A stretch of 64,000 nucleotides of DNA. Source: Podarcis liolepis (taxonomy: Eukaryota). The stretch lies in assembly GCA_965112155.1 (NCBI GenBank), contig OZ218103.1; one strand, 5' to 3'. The position numbers were made by a program, and so were the translations under genes. The notes under the pieces are model-generated. The model had not been told where the DNA came from, ran no database searches, and saw only the letters and a program-made list of their open reading frames with translations. Within the stretch, counting starts at the first letter, position 1. Each line of letters begins with the position of its first letter. This document shows positions 49,036 through 62,625 of this stretch, in pieces.

Positions 49036-52000
49036 CATATCTTGCAAGTGCTAGCTGAACTTCCCCATAATTTTAACCCTTTAACTATCTCAGGAAGGTA
49101 ATGCTAATAATAATGCAGCTCGGAGAAAGTTGGATTTATTGTCTGCTTAACAAAATGAGGAGGGGGGAGACCATCCTTCTGCATTTGATCTAAAACTCTC
49201 TGGCTGCTTTCCTAGAATTTAACAGAAAATTACTGACGGATAAAAGAAATATACAGCCAACAAACTTTTACATGCACCTGCCAATATTGGGGGGGAACAG
49301 GCTGGGGGGGAGAGAGAAGAGTCTGCTGTGAATATGAAATAGGAACAAAGCAAAAAATGGGATGTTATTATTCTTTGTGGTCAGAATTTCGTGTCTGCAT
49401 ATTACAGAGCATGGGTAAGCCCTTCTGTGGTAAACAGAAGGCAGAGAAAAGCTATGCTGAGGGGGACAGATGGTCAGCTGTACACTAACACCTTCCAGTT
49501 GCCTAAAAGGGACCCACTGCCAAGTGACACCCCCACCCCCTTCTCTTCCTATCTCCAAATATCTTCATAAAGGGTCGCGCAAGGCAGCACACTCCAAACT
49601 CAAGGCGAGTTACTCTTATGTGTGGCAAAGAGCTGCTCAGCATCCAAAAGGTTGACCATTTGTGAAAGCATGATCAGGCAGCGCAAATTATTAAAATCAA
49701 AACCACCGTAAAACCTTGCGGCTTCCATGCTCAAAAACGAGCAATTGGGGATCGGTGATGGTACCACAACAGCCTCCACAAACAGTGCATCTTAAGGATT
49801 TAAGAGAAATTGCTTGCTAAGACCAATAATGAAGCAGCGTGACTTGTGTCCCAGACTTGGATCCTTCCTGTCAGGTCCCAAACCATGACAACTACATGTG
49901 GGATTATTCCCCCCCCCCATGTTTGTTCTCAAATTGCCAATTCAGAAGCTTAACATGTTATATTGTAGTGCCAGAGCTCTCAAGCAGCTGGCCAACGAAT
50001 TACTATCAAACCACCAAAAAGTTAAAGAAGTTAAAACCAACTATCTAGAAAGAAGAAATTACAATACTGGAATTGGGAAAGTCCTACCTGAATAGTCGTA
50101 ACCAATGAAATATCCCCATTTCTTGTGGATACCTGCCTTTCCTCAAGAGGCAGGGTCAAGTCTAGGCAGAGCTTCATCACATGTTTTTAAAGGCACATAG
50201 GGAATGAGGATTTTATAGAAGGGGTTCTTGAACTACCTTGGTCTCAAAGTGTATAGACTGCTTTGCGCTTAAGCAGCACTGAGGAATGGACAGTCAGGAA
50301 TAAAAGCAGAACTGAAAAAGCAAGGAGCAAGGATGAATAAGAATTCCTACTTCACAACAGCCAATTTTAAAAAGCTGAGGCAACTTGTCACACCTCAAGA
50401 AAGAAAACGCCAACATGGAAACAGTGCAAGTGAAAGGCATCCTTGGCCTATATCCTGAATGCCAGCAGAAGAGGATGTGGGTAGAAGGAGAAAGTAAAAT
50501 TAGCACCAGGGGTCAGATAAGCTGTGCTTGTTCCCACTCTCCTATTCTCGCTGTTCCTAAGTTGCTTTGGAACCTCATTTTCCAGCATAGATTTTCAGCG
50601 CAAGGTCAGTGGTCAATAAATATAAAGGGCAAGCAGATCTCATACGCATCACTATGAAGCAGATGCATGAAACGTCTTGGGTTGATATTTCCCCTGGTAG
50701 TTTGAGGTAGACATTCTGATCAGCAGTATCTAAATATTAAGACTAACACACACACCCATCTGTACTGTTGGACCCAATACTAGAATACTACTGGGGGACT
50801 TGGTTGTGCAAGCACCACACATTTAAAGCACATTGGAACACTGAGAACAGTGCAGAGCTACACACAGAGCTGCAATTCCCAGTACCTAAAGAAAGTACAG
50901 TTCTAAATACCCTTGAGGGTAAGCTATGTGCTTTAACTGTATGGTGTGTCCACAAACGTGGATGAATGCCTTTGGCTGAAACAGATAAACAGACATTGCT
51001 TCTTCCTACAGAAGAAATGGATTCTGGTAGGGTTTGGGTGGTGTGCGACAGCACAATTGCTCATTTGACCTTCCTTGAAATCATTCTGCTGACTCCTGGC
51101 AGTTACCAAACAGCGGCAATTGATGGCGCATTGACCTCTGTGCAGTGGAACCTTTTCTGAGATGCCTGCACAGGAATTCCTTCCTGTCTGCACACAAGAC
51201 CTTCTACCCCCCCCCCTTTCTTTTTTTGCATTTACCAATCCTGCAATCTTGGTGCTTATGCTAGGTGCAGCCAAGCCAATAAGCAGTGATATTCAGAAAA
51301 GTCTGAACTAATGATAGTCATCAATGTGTGATAATATGTAATTGATGAGAATCTGTTCTCCCAGTCACTCTGAGGAGCTCCTGGGTTGACACCAGGGATG
51401 CTTCCATGTTGCAGTTTATTAGTGCTGCTTACACATGCAACTTTTGTGCAGCATCCGCAAGACATTGGCCTCATCAAAATGCTGTCCCATATTATTTTCC
51501 CATTTAACGTGGACTTGTACTTTCCATGAAAAATCCAGCAAGTTTAAAAAACCTGCAGGAGCAACAAACGACATTCCCCAAATATTAGCACTAGTGAAAG
51601 GATTAGCGCTAGCGCAATGGGGCTTGCCCACTGTCTTCCTCTCACCATTCCCAAATTTGCTCTGGAGGGTTGATGAAGCTTCCATAACAGGCTTAGGGGG
51701 TGTGCAGTGTAGAGGAGAGCGGGAGAGTGTTTTCCTACACTGAATACAACCCAGTAAATCTAGATTAAATTTTGGGAGGAGGGGATATGGGACAGAATTT
51801 TGATGAGAACAAAATCCTGCATGCATGTGTTGCATTGAGACCACAAGAAGCTTCCATGCAGACGCACCTCAGGTTTCCAAGATGGAAAGAGACAATAAAA
51901 TCCAGACAGCAGAATTCCAAAGTTTGGAATAGGAATCTGCATCCGTCTTCTTTTCCCACGTTGCAGGAAGCTTCTTGAACTAGAGGTTCCTTAGGTAATA

Positions 52001-53487
52001 TCTCTTTGGCTAGCAAACAATGTGGCAGTACTACACAGAGAATTATGAAGGGATTTCTATCATTATTAAGCAAAACAATAAAAAGAATGTGTGATAGAAC
52101 AGGGGCGGGGAGGAGATGCTGGAATCAAGCTTTCAAAAGAAGTGGTGTGGGGCATCTGCTACTGCAGCCTGTGTTTTCTAGAATTTTATCACTGAACTGC
52201 ACACTTAACCTGAACTTGGTCATCTGCCAAACTGTATTATGTAAGGGATACAGATACGGAATGTTTCGAGAAATTGCCCAGCAGATTTTAACAAGGCAAC
52301 CCTCCTATTGCAAGATCCTTTAGTACTCAGTAAGAAAAATCCACTTAATATTGAATAAAGTTACACACTTTTTGGGGTGGCGGGGGGGGGGGGGAGAGGA
52401 TACAGGACAGGAGAGATAACGGCCTTCTATCCCCAACTTCATGTGCTAATTTGACACTGGTGTTTGAACAGCATTTGGTCTGCAGACAAGGCAATTTAAT
52501 ACTCTTGTATTCCCAGAGTAAAATCTCTTTAGAAAGGGCTTGAGAGGGGGCACATACACAAGGCAGGTGGGGAGGGGGAGGGCCTTCAACCAGCAGCCAC
52601 ACGTAAGACAAAATACACTGCTAAAATTAACCATGCAATTGCCTGACTTGAGATATTTTGAAAGAATAGGCAGTTCCATTTCCAAATAAATTTATCATGC
52701 AACTTTAAGCAACTGTCTAGAAAGTATTTCAAATGCCACATTGTTCCCTGGTTATACTCACTCCTTCCCCCCAAAAGTGGGGAAAACTGAAATCTTTAAA
52801 CAAGACAGACTGTTCCAATTATAATAGTACATTAAGGCTGCAATCCTCTGCATGTTTCCTTGCTAGTAACCGAGTTCAACAGGGCTATGTCCAAGTAAAC
52901 TTGCCTTGGCTTAGGCTGCACACGCATTAAATAAGCTTTAAAGCTGTGCAGCAGTAACCAAACATCTAGGCTCCCATGAGTAAAGCAATCAATAACGGAG
53001 CCCTGGCCCATTCTGGCAGGATATACAGTTCCCTTGCTATGGTCAATAGATGCTGTCTCCCACACTGTAAAAGAAATGTAGGGGACACATATGCTGGTTG
53101 TTTCATCCCTGGAAGTACCAGCTTATCAAAGTGAAATATTTTCATAAACATGCAGGTTGTTTGCTTACAAGAAATATTCCGGAGAGTTTAATACTCCTAC
53201 TACATTTTATTTAGAGGGCTTTATAACAGCTTCATAAAAAGGTAGGCCCCTGAAATCTTTGCTCCAATTTTACAGAAGCTTGAGCTGAGCTGGTGACTTA
53301 TCCAAAGCAACATGACTCTGTGGCTGAGATGGACTTGAACCCAGGATTCATAGCTCCAATGCCCTCTCCTAGGGACTGCTACCCCGGCAGCTTTTCCTTG
53401 TGAAGACTGGTGTTTCCTATGCCACAGAAACAGGACGCCTGAGAACAAGAACACACACATCACCAAAATGTGCCACACACACTCTTT

Positions 53488-53858
53488 CCTTTGGTTCACA
53501 CATCAGGTTCAGACAAACTATAGCCTAGCTCAAATACATGAATTCCTGGGGAGAAGGAGATTGCTGCTGCTTCCTTCCTCCATGGTCACTCTCCTGCCGA
53601 GCTGAGCCAAGCCACAATTTGGCTTCGTATGTCATCAGAACTGAGGCTTGTGGGTTTAGCTCTCTCGGATGCCTTGGTTACATAGCGCGATTCGTCTGGA
53701 GAGAGCTAAACCACATGCCTGGGTTTGGATGACTTAGCTCAGTAGAGTGGTGGTATGACCAGAGGAGCAAAGTGGCCACAACCTCCTGTCTGACAGTCTG
53801 CATATTTGCTTCTTCGTGAAAAGCCAAAGCAGGGCTTAGTTTGATGTGCAAACCAGGC
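53488..53858. mobile_element. Old large palindromic non-autonomous DNA element
   Basis: Central arms GTCATCAGAACTGAGGCTTGTGGGTTTAGCTCTCTCGGA / TCTGGAGAGAGCTAAACCACATGCCTGGGTTTGGATGAC; outer arms TGGTTCACACATCA / TGATGTGCAAACCA. Confidence 0.6.
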
Positions 53859-55863
53859 TCACTTTTGGCCTTCCTCCTGCTCCCTCCGTCACTAAGAGGA
53901 TTTTCATCAAAGGTTTGAAAGCATCTAATCATTACGTGCAAGTGGTGATTTTTAAAACCACTTGATCAGATCCAGTCATCTTTCTTTTGTGTACAGCTCT
54001 GGTGTTTTCACACACAAGCCAGTTTGGGGGCCAAAAGGAAACCCAATGCAATCAGCAGCATATGAAGGATGCACAGTTGCTTTAGTGAACAAGCCAACGG
54101 TGCAGTGCTTTCATTGAAAAAGCAAAAAGGAAGCCAAGCTACCCTTTCTCCTAGGCATGTTAGTGCCTTGGCAAGACATGCATACTCTCCAGTTCCAAGT
54201 AGGCCCCTGTGAATTCTGCACACACACAAAAACCTCCAATACACTTCAAATTCCACAGACTACACAAAACAAAATTGAGAGTTCTGGAATCGTAAATACC
54301 AGGCAATTCCATCCATAGATTCTGAACTATCTTGCCACCAATTTGTATTTTGTTTTGTTTCGGCAAGGACTAAGCAGTCAAGGAGCAAAGTGCCAAAAAA
54401 GCACGCAAGACAGGAAAGCCAGTATTGTTGTAAATTCACATAGAGGTGGACTTGCAGCCAACATACAGTCCTGCATCTTCCATTCAGCCCCCTTGAATGT
54501 CCCCCAACAGGTATTTTGCTGCCAAACTGTCACCTGCTATTGATTTCGCCACCACTGGGAGATTACCCACCCCACCAATCTGGTCTGCCACTCTTGCCTG
54601 ACAAATGTTGATCTTGCACTCATCTAACAGATCATTTCCTGCTCCTGAGCACAGAGTCCATTGGGCAGAGCATCTACTTGATGGTCTACCTGGCACGCAC
54701 GATTGTCAGGCATCCATTTACAAGGGGGAAGGATGCACAGGTAGGGCTGCCCCTACACACCATCACCTTTGTATGAATCACGCTCCCTCAGCTGGCCAGA
54801 CACCTGTTGGGGGAGCATGCAACTGTGATGGGGTGACAGCTCATATGCAGAGTCAGCACCACATTCTTGTCATTCCTATGAAAATTAAGCCTTTCCTTTC
54901 CATGAGAGGGAAAGAATGGTCAGCCCAGTTTCCACCCACCACTGGCTCTTGCCATGCCCCTTTGTCCTATCCACTCCCCATCATCAAATGTGGCCCTTTG
55001 GGGCAAAAGGTTAAAGCAGAAAGGACCCAAAGTACCTAGTCAACAAGTGGTGTTGATGATGAAGAGGTTCCATTGCTTGACATCACTGGGGATTTAGAAG
55101 GGAGGAGTGTTAAGATGTTAGCCACAAGGACAAGTAAATTTACAGGGGTGGTCAGTAAGATTCCCATTCAAACTATAACCATGAGTGAGTGGAACAGATT
55201 GTACATTCCAGGGTATACAGTGAATCCATTCTTTGTGTCAATTAAGGATCCCTTTTCTTTAAATTGCTTTCATCATTACTCCATTGTTCACTGGACAATT
55301 TCACTTCAGAGCAAGCTTCAACTTTTGCAACCAACCTCCTCTCCTGCACCATTCTCTCATATCACTGAAAAGTTTATTATGTCCTCTAGCTGTAAATAAG
55401 TGGAAGACACACAGGTTAGAACTCAGCAAGGCAAATAGGAAATGATCATAGACGTGAAAAAGAAGCAGCTCCCATCAGTTTATTACTATAGAAAAAGAGA
55501 CTGAACAGGAGACAGATTGTCCTGAGGTACGGGTGAAAATTCTTACCATTTAATACATCTCAGGATACAGAAACAACTTGTGCCTGTGGTGCAAAATAAG
55601 CTCCATATTTAAGAGACAAATGTGTTTGCTCTGCATATACCAGCAAATGTGAACATGCAAATGTGAACATGTCATGATCATAACGATTCCCAGATGCATT
55701 TATATGTCATCTACACTCTGTGTTTGCTCCAGGAAACACCACTGTTAACACCTGTACAGACCAAACATTTACCTTGTGACGTGTAGAACTGCCCATAGTA
55801 ACTGGAACAGCAGTGGAGGGGGCCCACTTGGAAAGGTCTAAGATCCTGAAAATGGAACTACTC

Positions 55864-55866
<3 letters not shown>

Positions 55867-55908
<42 letters not shown>
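55867..55908. repeat. (TC)n microsatellite
   Basis: Directly visible. Confidence 0.95.
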
Positions 55909-55912
<4 letters not shown>

Positions 55913-58063
55913 GCACACACGAGAGCACAGGGAATTTTGGGGGGAGGTAAATATTTCATGTTTCCGCAAGGGTGGTTTTAAAAGGCAAGACGTTTAGACA
56001 CAAGAAAAGAAACACTTAAGGCTTAATTTCCCATTCTTTCCCTCAGCAATATATCTCCATCCCCAATGCACATAAATTTTGAGGGAAATCTGCCAAAAGT
56101 ACCCTGGCAAAATCAACACCATAGACAAAGTTGGATGCAGATGCAATGCTGTTGTGCCTTTTTACCAATACATGCTTTCTGAAAGAGACCCTTCCGCTCT
56201 TATTCCATTAGTTGCTAGTAATTACATATATCGTGTACCTAGATGATGGTTTTATAGTTATTCTCTCTCTTCCTTCAAACAGAGACCCTCGTTTTTGAAC
56301 CCTGCCAACTGGCTTTGGAACTTGATTAGCTATGTATATCAACACTAAACATCTGTAACTGGCAAAATTTACAACCAGAAATAAAGAAGACTGACCTTCA
56401 CTACATTGACAGACATTTAGGTTCTTGTATTACAACCATGTGGACAGGCAAAATTCATTATCTGTAATAGCTTCCCCTTGTAACCTGATTAAAACACAAA
56501 AGGCATCAATTCTGTATCCCTTTGACCTGCCAGCTACTTCCAACCTAAACCAATGAGAGGGATTATTTGACAAAAGTCATTGTTCCTGGACCAATCAGTA
56601 TTACACAGACAAACCCAACATATTCTCAATTTTTAAAACTTAAGTTTATTCTTGGCAGGGACTTTAAAAAGCTGTTAAAGTTGGTATAAAGCTGTAATCC
56701 CAGCCTGTCTATGGTCCAATGGTAGCCATTCGCCAGTTCTCAATGGATACATTCCTGAGGGTTTTATAGTAGCATGCAGAGCATTCAGAGATGGGAATTT
56801 ACCTCCACCACCAGTTTAAAAAATGAATTAATGTGCTGGCATGGATTTATGGATTTTAAATGGATTGGATATGTGGCATAACTATTGTAGACAGAATCCA
56901 AAGAACTCTGCATGAAATTTACTGACCAAGGAAGTTTGGGGTTCCTCGCATGGCAAGCCACTTTTGAATCAGAGATGAGTTTCAAAAGCAGTTAGCAGTA
57001 CAGCATTTGGCTGTCTTAAGAATAAGGCTGTCCTAAGGAAAGGAGGGAAGTAAGACTTAAGAAAACCCACTAAGAATGAATCTTGGTTGCCAGTGGGAAC
57101 ATGCATCTTAATTTTAAACTAGCACAAACTATTTTACTGAATAATAAAAATAATAGATGAGCCCCCTCAATTTAGTTTTTTTTTTTTTAATTTAATTATT
57201 ATAATTGAAAACCAGCCCTATAATGGCACCATATATAACTAAAACATCAAATACTGACAGTCAGTAATTCAAGATTCTTACTCAACCACCTTTTAATCAA
57301 GTGATAACCATTGAACCTGAATATTATAATAGCTTCAGCATTCAGAGACAAGGGGTGTTCTAAATCCAAGGAGCAACTACAGAGAATCGTTCTCTCCATG
57401 TCCTTGTTGGGCAAACTTGGCGCGTAGATTATATGTTTAAGAGTATGCTTGTGATCAAGGACATAGGATGATAGGGTAAGTTAATGCTGTAAAGGTTAAG
57501 TGATGACCTGGTTATAAAAAACTTCTGTTTCCAAACATACATCAGTAAAACTGTGAAGAATGCTTCAAAGCTCCTCTATTGCTACTTTTCACATCTCCAA
57601 ATGGATTTGGTAGGCAGGTACCATGGGCTCAGGATGTTTTGGCTTGGTTTGCTTTGAGGCAGATTTATTTTACAACTTTGAATACAAGTTCTACTGCCGT
57701 CTCTGCTCCTTGATGCAACATTTTCGGCGTGACAGCACCAGTACATTCCTTACCTCACAGAAGTGTTGTAGCATTACGTAAAATGAAGATATCAAGCAGA
57801 ACTACTACACTGAGTACATAAGAGACAGGCTATGAAACGACGGAATGATCACACAACTCACTGGAGGGGGGTCTCATTGAGAAAAGAGCAAAGTCAGATA
57901 GTAAAGAAACATCTAACTGACAGTACATGAAAAATTGTGCTAATCAGTAAGGACCAAACCAGGATCACTAGTACAAAACTCTTGTATAGTGGTGAGCTGC
58001 AGCAAGCCCAAAGAGAAGAGGACCACTGCAAAAAATAGTTTCATTTTCAAGTAACGTTGACTT

Positions 58064-58248
58064 GTTCAGGAAAGTTTTTAATGACTGTTTTAACGTATTT
58101 TTAATCTTTTGTTGGAAGCTGCCCAGAGTGTCTGGGGAAACCCAACCAGATTTGGGGGGGGGGGTATATTAATAAAAAGTTGTTGTTGTTGTTGTTGTTG
58201 TTGATGATGATGATGATGATGATGATGTTGATGATGATGTTGTTGTTG
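58064..58248 (+). mobile_element. 3' end of L2-like LINE with (GTT)n(GAT)n tail
   Basis: GGAAGCTGCCCAGAGTGTCTGGGGAAACCCAACCAGAT...AATAAAA followed by a compound trinucleotide repeat. Confidence 0.8.
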
Positions 58249-59211
58249 CACAAACCAGGAATCCTGCCACACCATGAACTCTGGTTAGCTGAACAATCCT
58301 GCTTCATAATTTATGCTTTGTAGATTGTTTGCTTTGAAATTTACTGGAGTTTGTAATATACCAATATTCCTCTTTCCTAGGAAAGGGAAAGCTGCTGTTG
58401 TCCTCTTTCCTGCCACAATTTCTTTTTGGAGGGGTGAGGTGTGGGGTGGGGTGTTACATGTGCACGAGTCTAACACTTGCCTTGGACTTACTGAAGTTCA
58501 TCCAGCAAAGCAGATTGTTACTGCCAGTGTATTCGTTGTGTCAGTGTGCCTTTACACAGCATACCACCTGTTTGCCCTATATTCCTAATCTCCTACATAC
58601 ATGAAGAGCCTCTTCAATGAACCCTCTCCAATCAAGTGTGGATTTATTAAGTGTAGGGGAAAGTGCAAATGTTATATTGCCAAGTTTACAAATGCATATC
58701 GACACCCGCTAGCACAAAGCTGCAATACCCCATATAATAGAAAAGCTGTTCAGCATTGTCCCTGACCCTAGAAATTTTGAAAACTCCATTATGCCAAGAT
58801 GAAAACCATGGTACTTTAAAAACAAACCAGGAGATAAGATTAGGTAGAAATATTTCTATAGGTCCTTATTCTTCCCAAACACATGTGAAATACTGCACAG
58901 CAGAAGAGAAGATGACAAAATACTTCAATTTTCAGAACTGTTAATAAATGTTCCGTGGCCCTTCCACCAAAAAACCAAGACTAAAATTGCATTTACATCA
59001 TATTGTGTGTTTCTCACAAGAATGATGAATGAGCACTTTTGCACTGAAGAGCCAAACAATATGGTTTTCACCTCCCTGATCATTCTCTGCAAGGCACGTA
59101 CAGCGCAAAGCAGCAAACTGAGGAGCGATAGCCTGTTATTTTCATCAGATGATGCGAAGTGCACGCTTCACCTCCTCTCTTCTCCATATTGCAGCCAAAA
59201 TACTCGCTTAC

Positions 59212-59430
59212 CCTGAATGCTTTGGGGTAAAAAAAAACAACACAAACCAGGCTGTGCCGCAGTTGTCAGTTACTTTTAGCGAATCTCCCTTTTGAAAGAA
59301 AAATAAAACAAACTTCCAAGAACGGACAGGGATTTGGCTTGTGTAACAACAAGTTGCCAAAGGAGGTGGGAGAAGGAGGAGGAACATGCAGTCCAGTACT
59401 TCAGAGAGAATGGAAGCTAAGAAACACACA
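59212..59430 (-). other. Candidate 5'/first exon ending at a strong donor
   Basis: CAGG|GTAAGC donor at 59212/59211 in a repeat-free stretch that locally retains CpG. The upstream boundary is unknown. Confidence 0.25.
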
Positions 59431-60783
59431 AATACTAAAAATGGACAGCGCCAACTGCATGCCGAGATGAAGCAACATTAAAAGTTAAAATTAATTAGCT
59501 GGCACGTTGACAGAGAATCCATTGTGCAGTACAGTGAAGCAATCGAAAGTTCAGAGCCTTATATAAGTAATATTGAAAAACTCCTTGATAGCTGCAGGTA
59601 AGGACAGACATGCTGTTGGACATGCCACAACACCAACCTGGCTCCAGCAAAAGGTTTTGCAACGCAGCTCATAAGCCCGAGTCCCAAAATACTCTGAAGA
59701 AAACATCCAGCGATGAACAATACTAGGAACACAGACAGAGCAGAGGCTCCAGACGTTTGCCAATACCAAATGTTCTAGATCAATTACAGTACAGCAATTT
59801 ATTTTAATCATGATGGTCAAAAAAAAAAAAGCTTCCAAACATATCAACCTGCATCAACACATCTATTTAAAAAACTAGCTTTAGTTGCCTTTCGCTCCTC
59901 AGAAATATCAACATGCGGCAAAGCTACTACAGCAGCAACACCTCATCTACACTGTGGGTCTAGGAAGCAGCATGTAGATAGGAAACCTGAGATATTCTTC
60001 TGAAGCCCGTGGCAAATTCAGCCCCAATGTGCAAAGAAAAATGGAGCAGCAATGTTGCAAATACGTTCGTGGCATTAATTGATTTCACAATGGAATCAAG
60101 CACCTGTCTGATCACAACATTTGTTTGAAAAGGCAGATTAAAATGCAAACTATTCAAAGTAGGCCATGCTCTTCAGCTAGACAGGTAGGTAATTGGGTCC
60201 TCTAATTAGATACCAAAGGGGGAACCTAGAGAACTTCCCCTTCATAATATAGATTAGGTAATCACCTGCAGACTGAAAGATCTCATGTACAATTGTGGTT
60301 AAGAAAATATTTCTGAAGAACAGAGCTTGTGACTTCTCAGTGCAAGAGCATATTTAGGTTTATAGCTGGAGGTGCCCTAACCTTGGAACAAGATGAGGTG
60401 TTCTGCGTGGCAGACTCCACAGGGCACAATCTTCCTACCTCTGGTCATTGCATTGGTCTTATTTTTAAAGAGAGTATGTGTATACAAGTATAAATGCGTG
60501 CACATTATTTCCCATGCGAAACACAAAAATGTCTAAGGCAAGCTCTCTTTTCAGCAGACTTTTTTTAAAAAACAAATTTATATGCTGCTTTATTGTAAGA
60601 ATATGTATGTAAACTGTTTTTTCTTAGCAGTTTACATACATATAAAATTTAAATCGCCAGGGGAAAGACTAGTTTAAAACCGGTATCAAAGAATATTCAA
60701 AAGATTTTTAAAATGAACATTAGCTAAAAAGAAATAAAACACATGTGCATATGAGGGACAGTCACATACAGCATTATTACGAG

Positions 60784-60919
60784 CAGTGCTTTTTTCTGGG
60801 GGGACACATATCCCTAAACATTTTGTGAATCTAAGTTTGGCCTCATTGAGGGGCAGTATTTCAATAGGAGTAGGAAAATGAGAGTACCCCTAAACATTTT
60901 TTTTTAGAAAAAAGCACTG
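60784..60919. mobile_element. hAT-type MITE (CAGTGCTTTTTT termini)
   Basis: TIRs CAGTGCTTTTTTCT / AGAAAAAAGCACTG; 8-bp TSD ATTACGAG / ATTATGAG (CpG decay); second copy at 63435. Confidence 0.9.
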
Positions 60920-62499
60920 ATTATGAGTCATGATTTTCATCAGAGTAACAAAGAATTGTTTGCATATACTGTACAGTATACCAAGAGAAAAGACACAAGT
61001 TGTTGTTGTTTGCATCTTCCAAGAATAAAGAACAAATATAAGTAATTCAATATCATCCAGTGCATAACAATAGGTCTCATTGTACTTATACTCGAAGACT
61101 TCTACCAGACACAATTTAGAGGACAAATTTCCACTGTGGCTCACATATTCCAAACCATTATCATGCTGGAAGCAGCACAAGGCTCTTTTTAGAAGTTCCT
61201 CCCATTATCTCCAAATGTACCTTATGAGCAGACATATTCTATGAGAATTTAGAATTATGTGGCAAAAACCTGGTCTAGTGCTTTGTTTCCTACACAAAAT
61301 TAAATGGGTGATCGTGTCACAAAGAAGGAGCATTTGGGGTGGGTGGGGATGATAAACTATTCTTGTTCCAGAATCACACAGCAGGACCAAGACTTCAGCA
61401 AGTTCCTCTGAAGAGTCCCAACTGGATCTCCCACTGCAGAGAAACAGGGGGATGGAAAGAAACCGGCAAACAAAGCCTATTTTAGGCCTGTTTTATCATG
61501 TGCTAGAAGGCTTCACCTAATTCAAAGAGGTGACTCAGTCACAGTTGAGGATCTGGGATGAAAAAACCACTTTGCTACACCTTGTGATCGTCAAAGCCAG
61601 ATGGGTAGGATGCTAGCATGCTATGAGTGTGATTTATGCCTGGTTGCCGGATTCAACTCCTGTTTGTGGGTGGAGGTGGGGAGAGAAAAGGAGATGGAAG
61701 AACCAAGGTAGAAACTTCTTAATCAAGACAATTGTGTGTGTTTTTAAGTAGTATTACTTTCAGGTATAATTCATTCCATGTTGATGTAAGAATCTCCTCG
61801 TTTCGTACGTCATGCAGTTTTTTAAAAAAGGAGCACAAAATGGGAAAACAATTAACAGGAGAGGACCAGAAGCAGCCACCAACACATATCCACCACCCAG
61901 TCTCCACTGTGGCATGCAATTTATTAACATAGCAGGGACACCTGTATTGGGCTCATCTCAGCCATGTGAAAGTAGCCTTCGACACCATCAATATCCGCTC
62001 CATTACACCTTGTACAAATGAACAAAGATGTGCACTGCTGCCTTGTTTAACCACACTGAGCCTCTGGGAAGTGCTATTATTACACTGAAACTAAGTGATC
62101 ATCAAGTCCAGAGGCCAGCTGAGTCTAGCATAAGTTAACTAGCTAATTTCCTGTTGGGACACTTTTCCCACCACCTGGCTGCCTCTCCTCACAATGGCTT
62201 CTTGCAGTCCCACCTCTACATAGGACCAAATTTCAGAAAGGAAGGCAGCTTCTGGTTCACAGTGCCACCTTCCCTACAAGACTATGGCTTCAAGTTATAA
62301 ACTCACATGGATCTTGAGTTCGTAGGAGCGGCTGCATACAACTCATTTCCTGTATCATGTAAAAAGATGTTCTTGGGTGCACACTCTGGCTTTAAAAAAA
62401 TGGACTGCAATAAATTAGGGAGTAATAACAGAAAGCAAGAAGCCCATTTTTCTTTATCCAAAAACATTAGGTTCCCCTTAAAAGAGAGTAAGAGTTTTC

Positions 62500-62625
62500 G
62501 GGGGGGGGGGTTATTGACTTGTTTCTGTTTTATTATGTATTTTGTGTTCTCATTTTGTATTTTCCGTTGTCAACTGCCCTGTGATCTTCAATATACAAAT
62601 TTAGTAACAAATTTAATAAACAAAT
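62500..62625 (+). mobile_element. L2 3' UTR fragment
   Basis: Similar to 13795-13925 (TATTTTGTG..TTTTGTATTTT..GTCAACTGCCCTGTGATCTTC..ATACAAATTT). Confidence 0.65.

Noticed and set aside
58090-58307. PolyQ/polyH and polyN/polyI ORFs
   Set aside because: They are reverse translations of the (GTT)n(GAT)n LINE tail.
2568-62625. Apparent plus-strand bias of LINE tails as proof of a minus-strand host gene
   Set aside because: Older reverse-oriented L2/MIR-type tails also occur (~11.0, 13.95, 29.5, 60.6 and 62.7 kb), so the bias is not established without a RepeatMasker count.
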